Source of the DNA: Candidatus Bathyarchaeota archaeon
Lineage (GTDB): Archaea > Thermoproteota > Bathyarchaeia > TCS64
Assembly (NCBI GenBank): GCA_963780545.1
Contig: CAWACK010000016.1
Span: 8,908 to 72,907 of the forward strand
Length of the DNA stretch: 64,000 nucleotides
Direction of reading: 5' to 3'
Positions 40,037 to 50,547 of this stretch are shown in pieces; within the stretch, counting starts at the first letter, position 1; each line of letters starts with the position of its first letter. The notes under the pieces were generated by a model, which ran no database searches, was not told the origin of the DNA, and worked only from the letters and a program-made list of their open reading frames with translations. Both the position numbers and the translations under genes were made by a program.

Positions 40037-42946
40037 TTGGAGATGTTTTTATCCAACCCAACTGAAGGTCTCTACGATTTGGCCGAGGAGAACGTCTTCC
40101 AACTGCTTTGCAGGCCTGTTCGGCGCCTCCTAGAGGAGCGTGGGTTCACTGAGCCAACGGAGCCACAGAGGAGGATCATCCCCCTAATTCTCGAAGGGAA
40201 GAACGTCCTATTGATCTCTGCGACAGCGACTGGGAAAACGGAGGCGGCTATGCTGCCGGTGATGGATCGTTTCCTCATGTCGGGGCAGAGGAGGCCGGGG
40301 ATAAGCATACTGTACGTCACCCCTCTTCGCGCCTTAAACAGGGACATCCTAGAGAGGATGACCTACTGGTGTAATAGACTGGATATCAAGCTCGGCATCA
40401 GACACGGTGACACTGGCGATCAGGAACGGAATAGGCAGAGGACGAGTCCCCCCGATATGCTCATCACGACACCGGAGACTCTCCAAGCTATCCTACTCGG
40501 GCGTACACTGAAGCAGTACCTTAAGAGCGTTCACTGGATAATCATCGACGAAATACACGAACTTGCCGACAATAAGCGTGGAAGCCAGCTAGCCCTGGGG
40601 CTAGAAAGACTTAGGGAGTTGACCCCAGAGCCACCTCAAATGATAGGACTAAGCGCCACGATAGGTAGCCCAGAAAAGGTGGCACGTTTCCTCGCGGGGG
40701 TAGACAGGCCCGTGGAGACGATTCAGGTCTCCGCTCTAAGAGAGACGAGTTTCGAGATCATATATCCTGAGCCAGAGGCTGAGGACTTTGAGACTGCGAC
40801 AACACTTTTCACTCACCCTGAGGTCTCAGCGCGGCTACGCGCCATTCGTCGCCTTATTGAGGAACACCAGACAACGCTAGTCTTCACTAACACCCGCAGT
40901 ACGAGTGAGATGCTGGCTAGCAGGTTCAACCTCTGGGACACCGAATTCCCAGTGAGTATCCACCACGGGTCGCTAGCTAAAACAAGCAGAATAGCGGCGG
41001 AACAGGGGCTAAAAGAGGGTAACCTTCGCACTGTCATCTGCACGAGCAGCCTAGAGCTTGGCATAGACATCGGTAGTATTGACCTCGTCATCCAGTATAA
41101 CAGCCCAAGACAGGTCACACGCCTACTCCAACGTGTGGGTCGAAGTGGCCACCGACTCGGCAGGGTCAGTAAGGGGGTCATAATCAGTTTGAACAGCGAC
41201 GACGCTTTCGAGTCGATGGTCATCTGCCGCCGAGCCCTTGGGGAGGTCATGGAGCCTCTCCGGGTGCCGGAGAAGCCCTACGACGTAATGGTCAACCAGA
41301 TGACTGCGGAGCTCATGCAGAGGGGACGCCTCTACTTCCTCCAAACCGTTAACCTATTCAAGGGAGCCTACCCGTTCCGCGACCTCTCTGTGGAGGACGT
41401 AAAGTTCGTCGCAAGCTACATGCACAACCGGTTCCCACGCCTCGCGTGGGTTTCAGCTGAGGATGAGGTAATAATCCGTCCCCGTGGGAGCAGAAAAACT
41501 ATCTACACCTACTTTTTCAACAACTTGAGTATGATCCCCGACGAAAAGGATTATCTCGTCCTCGAGGCGAAGGATGAGTCGCCTATCGGTGTGCTTCAGG
41601 AGGCTTTCGTGGCTGAGTACGCCAAACCCGGAGTCAAATTCACGTTACGAGGGAGAGCCTGGAAGATACTAAATGTCCATAACGATAAGATATATGTAAA
41701 AGCGGAGGACGACCCGACAGGAGCGATCCCGAGCTGGATAGGGGAAGAGATACCCGTTCCTCTTGAGGTCGCTTTAGAGGTAGGCAGGATCAAAGCAACC
41801 ATCGAGGACGAACTCAACAGTGGAGAGTCCTCGAAGGCCATAGCTACTAGCCTCGCTGATATCTATTCAGCCTCCCAATCGACGATTGAGCGAGTAATCA
41901 GAGAGCAAGTAGATCACCATCAGGCTGGCTACCTTGCACCGACAGATCGCCGCGTATTACTCGAAGAATGGGAGGACAACGTACTAATCCACGCCAACTT
42001 CGGAACGCTAGTGAACCGTACCCTCGCCCGCGTCATCGGTCATATAATCAGCGAGGAGACCGGCTACCCTGTCGGCGTACAGCAGGAAACCTATATGATT
42101 GCGACTCAGACAGTTGGCGAGATTGACACACGCTACGTCGCCAGGATGTTGAAAACACTCGCCGACAAGGACATGGAGAAAATCGTAAAGGACGCCATCA
42201 CCAAGACGGGACTCTTCAAACGCCGTCTTATCAACGTCGCCCGTAAGGCTGGAGCACTAAGCAAGTTTGCTGACTTTAGTAACGTCACCCTAGGACGGCT
42301 CTTGAAGAGTTTTGAGAATACTGTAATCTACGAGGAGGCGCTTAAGGACGCCTATAGGCTCGACCTCGATGTCGACGCTACCATCGACCTACTTAAGAAG
42401 ATGGCCTCGGGGGAGATCGAGGTTATCGTCCTCGAAACGGAGGGACAGCTTACACCTCTGGGGAAGATGGCAGTCGAAAACATAAGCATGAAAACCGACA
42501 TCGTGCCACCGGAGAATATGGACAGGATCATACTCGAGTCGGCGAAGGCCCGTCTATACAGCGAGACTCGAGTGTTTGCGTGCCACGGCAAGAACGACTG
42601 GGCTGAAACAAGGCGAATCAGGGACCTCGATGAGAAGCTTGTCTGCCCAGTCTGCGGCTCGACCGCTCTAGGTGTCTACGATAGGAGCCTTGAAGAAGTC
42701 CAGGAGCTTCTTAGCCAGGAAAAGAGCAGGAGCGTGAAGGAGAAGCCGAAGTGGTGGGATCGTGGCAGAGACATATCCAAACTCGTGTCAATGTACGGGC
42801 GAAGAGCAGCCATCATTGGCGCTGCGAAGCGCGTCGACTTAGCAGCCGCCTGGGACATCCTCGCCGAGACCGAGGACGAATCAGACGAGTTTTTCAACAA
42901 AATCGTCGAGGCTGAACGAGATTCCCTAAAGAAGCGGTTCATATAA
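40037..42946 (+). CDS. lhr: Lhr-family SF2 helicase
   Basis: TATGKT, TPLRALNRD, TTPETL, DEIH, HHGSL, TSSLELGID, QRVGRSGH. Confidence 0.9.
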   Translation: MEMFLSNPTEGLYDLAEENVFQLLCRPVRRLLEERGFTEPTEPQRRIIPLILEGKNVLLISATATGKTEAAMLPVMDRFLMSGQRRPGISILYVTPLRALNRDILERMTYWCNRLDIKLGIRHGDTGDQERNRQRTSPPDMLITTPETLQAILLGRTLKQYLKSVHWIIIDEIHELADNKRGSQLALGLERLRELTPEPPQMIGLSATIGSPEKVARFLAGVDRPVETIQVSALRETSFEIIYPEPEAEDFETATTLFTHPEVSARLRAIRRLIEEHQTTLVFTNTRSTSEMLASRFNLWDTEFPVSIHHGSLAKTSRIAAEQGLKEGNLRTVICTSSLELGIDIGSIDLVIQYNSPRQVTRLLQRVGRSGHRLGRVSKGVIISLNSDDAFESMVICRRALGEVMEPLRVPEKPYDVMVNQMTAELMQRGRLYFLQTVNLFKGAYPFRDLSVEDVKFVASYMHNRFPRLAWVSAEDEVIIRPRGSRKTIYTYFFNNLSMIPDEKDYLVLEAKDESPIGVLQEAFVAEYAKPGVKFTLRGRAWKILNVHNDKIYVKAEDDPTGAIPSWIGEEIPVPLEVALEVGRIKATIEDELNSGESSKAIATSLADIYSASQSTIERVIREQVDHHQAGYLAPTDRRVLLEEWEDNVLIHANFGTLVNRTLARVIGHIISEETGYPVGVQQETYMIATQTVGEIDTRYVARMLKTLADKDMEKIVKDAITKTGLFKRRLINVARKAGALSKFADFSNVTLGRLLKSFENTVIYEEALKDAYRLDLDVDATIDLLKKMASGEIEVIVLETEGQLTPLGKMAVENISMKTDIVPPENMDRIILESAKARLYSETRVFACHGKNDWAETRRIRDLDEKLVCPVCGSTALGVYDRSLEEVQELLSQEKSRSVKEKPKWWDRGRDISKLVSMYGRRAAIIGAAKRVDLAAAWDILAETEDESDEFFNKIVEAERDSLKKRFI

Positions 42947-43153
42947 TTCTAATAATTAGTTTATTGCATGTAGGTGGAAGCATTTTCTCAAGAAAGCCCC
43001 GTTTACGAGGCATCCACTTATTTAACAGGCCATACGCTCGCGTCTTTTTAAACAGCAGATCCTTATTTTAGACCTCATGTTAGTAATCGCGTGTGTGATT
43101 TTTTTTGAACCTCCAAAGTACCTAAAAAGGCGCAGCATCCTTTCTATTACTGT

Positions 43154-43819
43154 ATGAAGAAAATCGGGATGCTGACCATAGGGCAGTCGCCTCGAAACGA
43201 TATCCTCCCTGGCCTCAAAGAGATTCTAGGGAAAAACGTGGAGATCGTCGAGGCTGGTGCCTTGGATGGCAAGACCATGGAGGATGTAAATAAAATCCAT
43301 TTGAATCTCGAGGACTACATCCTGGTCAGCAGGATGAGGGACGGCACCGAGATCAAGATCACGAAGAAGTACATCCTTCCCCTGATGCAGGAGAAGCTCG
43401 ACTTGATAGAGTCCCAAGGCATTAGGGTCACAGTTGTAATGTGCACCGGTAAGTTCCCCCAGTTCAGGAGTAAAGGCCTGGTCGTAACCCCGATGGAGAT
43501 CCTGAAAGGCGTCATCGAGGGCTGTCTTAAGGAGGGGAAACTCGGCGTCGTCTACCCCACCGCTGAGCAAATACCAATGGGGGAGAAGGAGTGGAGCCGC
43601 CCAGGAGTAAATGTATATTCTGATACTGTGAGCCCATACGAGCCCAAAGACGTCGAGGGCCTCTGCGACCGCCTCTCGAAAAAGAACCTAGACCTGATCC
43701 TTCTCAACTGCTTCGGCTTCCCGACGGAGATCAGGAGGAAGGTCGCCGCTAAGACAGGTAAACCAGTGGTGCAGGCGAACACGATGGTCGCCCACGTGCT
43801 TGCTGAGCTCCTCAGCTAG
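43154..43819 (+). CDS. AroM family protein
   Basis: TIGQSPR.D, EAGALDG, LVSRMRDG, CTGKFP. Confidence 0.85.
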   Translation: MKKIGMLTIGQSPRNDILPGLKEILGKNVEIVEAGALDGKTMEDVNKIHLNLEDYILVSRMRDGTEIKITKKYILPLMQEKLDLIESQGIRVTVVMCTGKFPQFRSKGLVVTPMEILKGVIEGCLKEGKLGVVYPTAEQIPMGEKEWSRPGVNVYSDTVSPYEPKDVEGLCDRLSKKNLDLILLNCFGFPTEIRRKVAAKTGKPVVQANTMVAHVLAELLS

Positions 43820-44559
43820 ACCTTCTTCCCGTATTCCTGAGGCTCGCCATAGTCGGGAAGTTTGTTACCTGGGAGGGGCTCCTTATCCTCTTTCTCCTCG
43901 ATGGGTAGCTGTGGCTTGTGATCTTTCCTGAACTCCTCTGGGAGGATGCGGTCCACTCGGAGGTTTTTAGCGACTACGTAGACCTCAGCGCTTCCCTTCC
44001 GGGAAGCCTTCGGTTTCACGATGTTAACATTCTCAAACATCGCTCTCATATCATGGATGAACGCCTCATGTTCCTTCCCCTGAAAGACCTTGACTACCAT
44101 CCATCCGTCACGCTTGAGCAGCTTGTCAGCGATGCTTAAGGCGGTCTTGGCGAGGTAGATCTGTCGGAGGTCGTCCAACTCCCAGACTCCCACGACGTTG
44201 GGCGCCATATCACTCATCACGACATCAGTCTTCTCACCTTGGAATCTACCGAGGATTTCATCCTGAACTTCGGGGTCGGTCACGTCGCCGACGATCGTCT
44301 CGACGTTATCCATGTAGAGGGGAAAGATCTCCTTCAGGTCGACGCCGACAACGAGGCCGCCTTTAATCGACTCTCCAGCCACTTGGAGCCAGCCACCAGG
44401 GGCAGCCCCCAAATCGAGAACCCGCTTCGCACCCTCGAAGAACCTGAACTCCTCGTTCAACTGCTTCAACTTATAGCTAGCCCTACTTCTGTAGCCCTCT
44501 TCCTTAGCCTTGTTATAGTAGTGTTCAGTCTTACGCTCATGGAGCCATCTGCTGGGCAT
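43816..44559 (-). CDS. rlmE: 23S rRNA Um2552 methyltransferase RlmE
   Basis: GYRSRASYKL, DLGAAPGGW, SDMAP, KPKASR..S.E.Y. Confidence 0.93.
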   Translation of the reverse strand: MPSRWLHERKTEHYYNKAKEEGYRSRASYKLKQLNEEFRFFEGAKRVLDLGAAPGGWLQVAGESIKGGLVVGVDLKEIFPLYMDNVETIVGDVTDPEVQDEILGRFQGEKTDVVMSDMAPNVVGVWELDDLRQIYLAKTALSIADKLLKRDGWMVVKVFQGKEHEAFIHDMRAMFENVNIVKPKASRKGSAEVYVVAKNLRVDRILPEEFRKDHKPQLPIEEKEDKEPLPGNKLPDYGEPQEYGKKV

Positions 44560-44583
44560 AGCTTCTCGACACCCTTCGCGGGG

Positions 44584-45768
44584 TTATCCTTTAATAACAT
44601 TTACCAAATCGGTTACATTTGCCGTGGTCTTAACGCCTCGTGGGTCGAAGTGGGTTCGGGTTGCTGCGAAACCCGCCATCTTTAACTTCTCAATGATCTC
44701 CTCTATACTAAGTGACGACCTTTTGACGCGTGAGCTTAACTCGTCGAGGTTATAGAATGTTGGCGGGAACCCGATTTCACCTTTGATCGTCTCGACGAGG
44801 CGGATGAGCCTCGTCTCCCATCCGCTGACACTGTGAGCCTCCGCTAGCATCTCGCCTGTGAATGCTTCGTCTGCGAGCTCCCCCAGCCACATTGGGCCAC
44901 CGACGGTTAGCTGCCCACTACAGCTTGGGCACGTCCTTGAGGCCTTCAAGTAAGACCCCTTAAACACGGCACGGTAGAGACACTTCGGGCAGTGGAGTAT
45001 GTATCCCATCTCAGCGAGGGCTGCATCAGCCGGCTTCGCGCTGTGTGTGAGAGAGAGATAAACGCGGACATAGTGGTCGGCGTAGAAGCTGAAGAGAGGC
45101 TTCACCCCCATCTCATGGATCGCCGCGGCGTGGACGGCAGCCCCTACAACCAGGCGGAGGGCGACCTCATGCGTATATACGGTACGGAGTGGTCGCCCAC
45201 CATATTTACGGAGGCAGGCTGAGGGGCTAACACCACAGAGAGGCGCCATATCCGTAGCCGTCAAAGCGATAATCCCCCCATCCCTCGTTGCCCTCACCGC
45301 AGAATCTAGGAACTGAGAGGGTGATCCAAAGGGGTCAACATCTACGTAATCGAACCGGTTCATTGGGCTGCTATGGAGGTTCATCATCAGATTGGCATCC
45401 ATGAAGCGGACGCTAACCTTGTCTGAGACGCCGTTCCTGCGTGCGTTCTCCAAAGTAAGCTGGACTCCACTAGGGTTAAGATCCCCCATTAATACCTTCT
45501 TCACCCCCGCCTCGAGGACGAGCCTTACCCCCCTTACCCCACAGCCGCACATTGGTTCACATGCATCTGCTGGCCTCCCAAGCCGCGTACCCTGAATCGA
45601 GACGACGAGGATAGCGGTATCCCTGTTGAGTCTCATTAATGGGTTGTAGAAAACCGCTGACCTACTTCGGGCATGGTCTAGTGGTTCTCCTTGCCCTCTA
45701 CAAAGTGATGGGACGAGGAGCCTAGCGGCTCCCTCATCTGTCTCCTCAACGGGGAACCAGAAGTCCAT
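44584..45768 (-). CDS. trm1: tRNA (guanine26-N2)-dimethyltransferase
   Basis: VFYNP.M.LNRD, DVDPFGSP, TATDMAPLCG, RTHF. Confidence 0.94.
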   Translation of the reverse strand: MDFWFPVEETDEGAARLLVPSLCRGQGEPLDHARSRSAVFYNPLMRLNRDTAILVVSIQGTRLGRPADACEPMCGCGVRGVRLVLEAGVKKVLMGDLNPSGVQLTLENARRNGVSDKVSVRFMDANLMMNLHSSPMNRFDYVDVDPFGSPSQFLDSAVRATRDGGIIALTATDMAPLCGVSPSACLRKYGGRPLRTVYTHEVALRLVVGAAVHAAAIHEMGVKPLFSFYADHYVRVYLSLTHSAKPADAALAEMGYILHCPKCLYRAVFKGSYLKASRTCPSCSGQLTVGGPMWLGELADEAFTGEMLAEAHSVSGWETRLIRLVETIKGEIGFPPTFYNLDELSSRVKRSSLSIEEIIEKLKMAGFAATRTHFDPRGVKTTANVTDLVNVIKG

Positions 45769-45796
45769 AGCGGTTGAAGAGAGGAAGCTATATCTT

Positions 45797-46843
45797 TTAT
45801 CTCTTCTTCAGGGCAATCTTCGGATCGAGGCCGAGCTCGATACTGATCTTTGAGATCTGGTCCCAACTATCCTCGGGAAGAGGAATGCCGTCGTGTAGTC
45901 TCTGCTTCTTGGATATCCTCTCGGGGTCACCGGGGACAAGAACAATCTCGCCCTTCTCCGGCTTACGCGACTTGACAAAGTTGATAACCTCGGTAGACTT
46001 CTCCTTGAAGGCATCGAGGCCGACAAAGGCCTCGGGATTAATGGCTATACAGAAAACGCCATTGGGGCTAGGCGGATTCTTACTATCTTCCATACTCGTC
46101 CTGCTGCCAGTTAGTACAGCGCCGAGGAGCTCGGATGCCATCTGAAGGCCATAGCCCTTATGCTCACCGAAACCGAGGAGGTACCCATCGTCATAGAAGG
46201 CGTTAGGGTCATCGGTTGGATTACCATTCTTGTCCCTTATCCAATGTGTAGGAACCTTAGAGTGCTTTGCCCGCGCGACGCTGACCTTACCAGCTGCGGC
46301 GAGACTGGTCGCGTAGTCCATAAGAAAGTTCTCCCCCGTGGCAGTGGGGGTGCTTATGCTGGCAGGATTTGTACCGAATGTCCTGCCAGTGCCATGGAAG
46401 GGCGAAACGAGGGGGTTTCCAACGTTAGCATACATCATACCAATCATATCATGTTCCGTTGCCCATGTCGTGTAGTAGCCGAGTCTACCGATGTGGTTGA
46501 TGTTGAAGCCACCGACGGCAGCGACCATACTCATCTTCGCCTTCTCCACAGCGATCTCCATCATCTTCATGGCTGTGACTTGGCCGAATCCCCAGCGCCC
46601 GTCGATGTAGGCTGAAGCTGACGTCTCCTTAATGATGCTAGGGTTTTCTTTCGGGTGGATGTATCCCTGCCTTATCCTCTCCCCGTAGACTGGGAAGTAA
46701 TAGACTCCATGGCTATCGTGTCCGCATAGGTTCGCCTCGACAAGTGTACCTGCGACGAAATCCGCCTTGCTCTTAGGCGCACCTAGGGCGACGAATATCT
46801 GGGTCCCGAGCTCCCTGAGCCCCTGGGCCTCGGTGATGATCAT
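45797..46843 (-). CDS. Type-2 malate/L-lactate dehydrogenase (Ldh_2) family oxidoreductase
   Basis: GHDSHGV, HIGRLGYY, FGTNP, HKGYGL, VPGDPE. Confidence 0.88.
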   Translation of the reverse strand: MIITEAQGLRELGTQIFVALGAPKSKADFVAGTLVEANLCGHDSHGVYYFPVYGERIRQGYIHPKENPSIIKETSASAYIDGRWGFGQVTAMKMMEIAVEKAKMSMVAAVGGFNINHIGRLGYYTTWATEHDMIGMMYANVGNPLVSPFHGTGRTFGTNPASISTPTATGENFLMDYATSLAAAGKVSVARAKHSKVPTHWIRDKNGNPTDDPNAFYDDGYLLGFGEHKGYGLQMASELLGAVLTGSRTSMEDSKNPPSPNGVFCIAINPEAFVGLDAFKEKSTEVINFVKSRKPEKGEIVLVPGDPERISKKQRLHDGIPLPEDSWDQISKISIELGLDPKIALKKR

Positions 46844-46881
46844 AGGAGAGAAAACGGATGCAGGTGGTAAAAAAGGGTTGG

Positions 46882-47910
46882 CTACTTAACTAGCTTGCCG
46901 AGACCTTCTACGAACTGTTTGATGTCCTCACGTTCTATTCCGTAGTGGGTGCATAGGCGAGTACCGATACCGTGGGCTTCACTTTTCCAGCCCAGCTTGC
47001 TGCATGCCCTGTTCCAATCCGTGTCCTTCCAACCGATTGTTGTGTAGTCGATGTAGAGCATGTTTGTTTGGACGGGGTTTAGGACCCTAATACCCATCTT
47101 CTGAATCCCCTCAGCAAGGAGCTTGGCGTTGTCGTGGTCATCCTTGAGTCTGTCAACCATCTTCGTAATGGCGATGATGCCCGGCGCTGCGATTATTCCC
47201 GCTTGCCTTAGGCCTCCGCCTAGCATCTTCCTATACTTTCTAGCCTTCTTCATCAGATCCTCAGTACCCACAACAACGCTTCCGACTGGTGCAGAGAGCC
47301 CTTTACTGAGGCAGATTTGAATAGTATCCGCATACTTCGTCAACTCCTTCACATCGACGCCCAATGCGATGGATGCATTGAAGACCCTCGCGCCATCCAT
47401 ATGGACGCTTAAGTTGTGGGCCTTCGCCACATCCCAGTCCGCCTTGAGCTGCTTTGAAGTGATAGCGATACCTCCGGCTGAGTTATGTGTGTTCTCAACG
47501 CAGACGAGGCTGGTGGGTGGATGGTGAATATCCTCTGTCCTGATCGCCTTTTCAATGTCCTCTGGCTTCATCCACCCAAGTTCACCAGGGACTGTTCGTG
47601 CCATAAGCTGGCCCATGACTGCCAGTCCGCCAACCTCGTTAACATAGATGTGGCTCCGAGACTCGAGGATGATCTCGTCGCCACGCTTAGTGTGGGCGAG
47701 AACGCTCACTGCGTTACCCATCGTGCCACTTGTGACGAACAGCGCCGCCTCCTTGCCCGTAATCTCGGCAGCGATCCTTTCTAACTCGTTTACGGTGGGG
47801 TCCTCCATGAAAACGTCGTCCCCCACCTTGGCCTTGTAGGCCGCCTCCCGCATTTCTGGCGTTGGCCAGGTGACGGTGTCACTTCTGAAGTCTAGGTTCT
47901 TCTCGACCAT
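46882..47910 (-). CDS. ltaE: Low-specificity L-threonine aldolase
   Basis: DFRSDTVT.PT, SGTMGN, ENTHN, DGARVFNA, CLSKGLSAPVGS. Confidence 0.92.
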   Translation of the reverse strand: MVEKNLDFRSDTVTWPTPEMREAAYKAKVGDDVFMEDPTVNELERIAAEITGKEAALFVTSGTMGNAVSVLAHTKRGDEIILESRSHIYVNEVGGLAVMGQLMARTVPGELGWMKPEDIEKAIRTEDIHHPPTSLVCVENTHNSAGGIAITSKQLKADWDVAKAHNLSVHMDGARVFNASIALGVDVKELTKYADTIQICLSKGLSAPVGSVVVGTEDLMKKARKYRKMLGGGLRQAGIIAAPGIIAITKMVDRLKDDHDNAKLLAEGIQKMGIRVLNPVQTNMLYIDYTTIGWKDTDWNRACSKLGWKSEAHGIGTRLCTHYGIEREDIKQFVEGLGKLVK

Positions 47911-48009
47911 GAAGATTCGAGTATCAACGTCACATAAGTAGCTTAAGGGATTTGGGTCCGAATCTGGACAAGCCTTATCAGATACAAGCTCGCAGGGAAC
48001 CTGATAGCT

Positions 48010-48900
48010 TTGGCGGAGAAAAAGAAACGGCTGCCACACTTGAAGGGTACGACTATAATTGCAATCATCTTCGTAGGCATCTTCATCGTCAGCCTCGCCG
48101 CTGTTTTTATCACCCCGAAACAGACGACCCAGACGACGCAGACGGGCTACATCAACGTCAGCCGCGAAGAGCACTACTGGATGAGCCAATCTAACAATAC
48201 ACTGGTATCCAGATACCTTGTGAACTACGGTTTCGCTGCGCTCCAGGACACACCCAACGTGACTGTCACCGATAAAACAGACCCCAACCTTACCTGGATT
48301 CCTATTGTGCAGAGCAGCTCAAACGTCCAGGTAAGCTACAACAATGCTACTGGGGAGATCATCGTGGTGGCGACGAATATGAAGGCTGGGGACAAAGTCT
48401 TCGCCCAAGTTGCCTTTAAGATGGACCCCGTCAACATCTTCGCCTCTGGACAGAGTCCTTCAACACAGGTTAGCCCCCCGATCCTTAATTATGGTGACGA
48501 AAAGGACGTCACAATCACTATAAGCCCATTCACAATACAGAAAACGAGTAACATCACTGAGGTGGGCGTCTACGCCTGGTTCACAGAGGCGGCCGCCAAC
48601 ATCACAAGTATCTCAACGACACCTCACGTGGATGTTGAAGTCCCACAATACCAAGCGATCTGGCAGTACAAATATCCTACGACATTCAACTACGATTCCC
48701 ATACAGCTGTGTATCGTGTAAAAGTCACATCGTCCACGGCTTTAGGCGACGTAATCCTAAGGACCTGGGTCGAGGCACGCTACGGTTACCCCCTTAGAAT
48801 GAAGGCCGATGGGAAGATTGAAGGAGCGGGGGGGCAATTCTTCAGGGGCGACTCGGGTATAGACTATCAATACCAACACTTGATTGGGGTATCAAGCTAG
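48010..48900 (+). CDS. Membrane-anchored extracellular hypothetical protein
   Basis: Basic N-terminus plus one TM helix; Thr/Ser/Asn-rich body with NxS/T sequons. Confidence 0.65.
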   Translation: MAEKKKRLPHLKGTTIIAIIFVGIFIVSLAAVFITPKQTTQTTQTGYINVSREEHYWMSQSNNTLVSRYLVNYGFAALQDTPNVTVTDKTDPNLTWIPIVQSSSNVQVSYNNATGEIIVVATNMKAGDKVFAQVAFKMDPVNIFASGQSPSTQVSPPILNYGDEKDVTITISPFTIQKTSNITEVGVYAWFTEAAANITSISTTPHVDVEVPQYQAIWQYKYPTTFNYDSHTAVYRVKVTSSTALGDVILRTWVEARYGYPLRMKADGKIEGAGGQFFRGDSGIDYQYQHLIGVSS

Positions 48901-49497
48901 CTAGGCGTAGAGTTCCGCGTTCCTCAGAGCGATCTTGATGTTTTCCTCAGCGCCCGTCAAAACGGGGACGCCATGTCCGGGGAGCATAACGTCGACCTTT
49001 AACTTGGTCAGTTTTCGAATCGACTCGATTAGAGCCCCTAGATTCCCAGACTCACCGTCGAACCGGCCAAAGTAGCCGTCGGGGAAGACCGTATCACCGG
49101 AGAAGAGGACCCTCAACCCACGGGCATAGAGACACATACCACCCTCAGTGTGGCCGGGCGTCCAGATCACCTCTAGGGGTGAGATCTCCGTCTCTATGAT
49201 GTCCCCTTCCTTTACCTTCACGAGGTTTTCCCCTAGACTCGAGGCGATGTATCTAGAGTCGATGTCGTGTATGTAGACCCATGGGTTTGCCCTCTCTAAA
49301 ATAAGGAACGCCCCCATAGCGTGGTCATGATGGGCATGGGTGATGACAATTTTATCGACGTTCCCAGGCAGTACGCCTATCTCCTCCAGCTGTGGCCAGA
49401 CGGGATTAGCTCTGTTCCCAATCCCAGTATCGATTATGGTGGCCTTTTGCTTTCCGATCACGTAGATATTGCTGCAGAGTCCATCCCCCAGTATCAT
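48901..49497 (-). CDS. Metallo-beta-lactamase fold hydrolase
   Basis: THAHHDH, TPGHT, FSGDT, PGHG. Confidence 0.9.
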   Translation of the reverse strand: MILGDGLCSNIYVIGKQKATIIDTGIGNRANPVWPQLEEIGVLPGNVDKIVITHAHHDHAMGAFLILERANPWVYIHDIDSRYIASSLGENLVKVKEGDIIETEISPLEVIWTPGHTEGGMCLYARGLRVLFSGDTVFPDGYFGRFDGESGNLGALIESIRKLTKLKVDVMLPGHGVPVLTGAEENIKIALRNAELYA

Positions 49498-49595
49498 GTG
49501 AACGCCGTTGAGTTTAGGGGTGTCCTTGCCGAGGTTGGAAAATCTGGGGCAAACCTGATCGCCTAGGTGAGGTGTTTCCTTTCGTTAAAAGGCTT

Positions 49596-50255
49596 CTAGG
49601 GAATCCTGATGAGGTGGAGTCGAAGGACGAGGTAGCCCTCCTCGTAGTCGTAATCGAGTCCCTCTAGGTCATGCCCCTCCGGTATGCGGTAGCTGCGGTT
49701 GAACTCTTTATCCAATGTGCTGTGGAGATGAATTAAGGGACCATTTGCCTCGACCAAGATACTTTTCTCTAGTCTCTTCGGCATCTCCGCTGTTATGACG
49801 TACTCCATATGCTCAAATACTTCGCCGCCTGGGAGGTTGCCGCCCGTAACGGTGAAGTCCTCATTCTCGTAGTAGATCTGTTTATTACGGGTGTGTAAGT
49901 ACCAGGGGAACAATGAGGCTACCGCTATCGTTACGAAGAAGAGGAAACTGTAGAGCCCCGCGATCCATGGGCTGACCTCACCTACTATGAATGGGAAGAC
50001 AACAGTTATACCCGTAGTTGGGAGACCTGCGACGAAGCCAGCAGCAGCTGCGGAGAGCCCAACGACGATCATCAATAATCCCCCAACTAACATGATCGTC
50101 CTCCTCCTGATCTTATAATCCACAACCTCCTCCGTGCAGTCGAGGCACATCTCAGTCTCTACGTCGAAGCAGCCACGGCAAACTAGGTGCCCACACCTTG
50201 GACAGAGAATATCTGCGTCCTCAGCCCCACAGACCCAGCAGTTGTCGTTTCCCAT
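49596..50255 (-). CDS. Zinc finger + 2 TM + Hsp20-like C-terminal domain protein
   Basis: Four CxxC pairs, two hydrophobic segments, tail resembling alpha-crystallin strands. Confidence 0.6.
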   Translation of the reverse strand: MGNDNCWVCGAEDADILCPRCGHLVCRGCFDVETEMCLDCTEEVVDYKIRRRTIMLVGGLLMIVVGLSAAAAGFVAGLPTTGITVVFPFIVGEVSPWIAGLYSFLFFVTIAVASLFPWYLHTRNKQIYYENEDFTVTGGNLPGGEVFEHMEYVITAEMPKRLEKSILVEANGPLIHLHSTLDKEFNRSYRIPEGHDLEGLDYDYEEGYLVLRLHLIRIP

Positions 50256-50260
50256 GTTCC

Positions 50261-50503
50261 TCACCAGGTTATTACACCCATCCAAGACGCAGCGTACAAA
50301 CTGGCTGTGATGATTATCCCCAAGATGATGATAAATTTGATTAATCTCCTGCTGTCATTTGCCTTTGCAAATGGACCGCTGAGGAAGCCAAGACGCCGCT
50401 GCTCGAGCTGAGCTGGCTCCGATCGTAGGCTGAGGTAAACCATTATAACACCTAACCACGCTATGAGGAAGCCTAACCCGATTATAGCGATGGATGTACT
50501 CAC
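50261..50503 (-). CDS. Small 2-TM membrane protein
   Basis: Two hydrophobic segments; directly upstream of 49596-50255. Confidence 0.6.
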   Translation of the reverse strand: MSTSIAIIGLGFLIAWLGVIMVYLSLRSEPAQLEQRRLGFLSGPFAKANDSRRLIKFIIILGIIITASLYAASWMGVITW

Positions 50504-50547
50504 CTTGAATCTCTCACAGTAGGCTTTCTCGGTTATTTTAAACCTTT

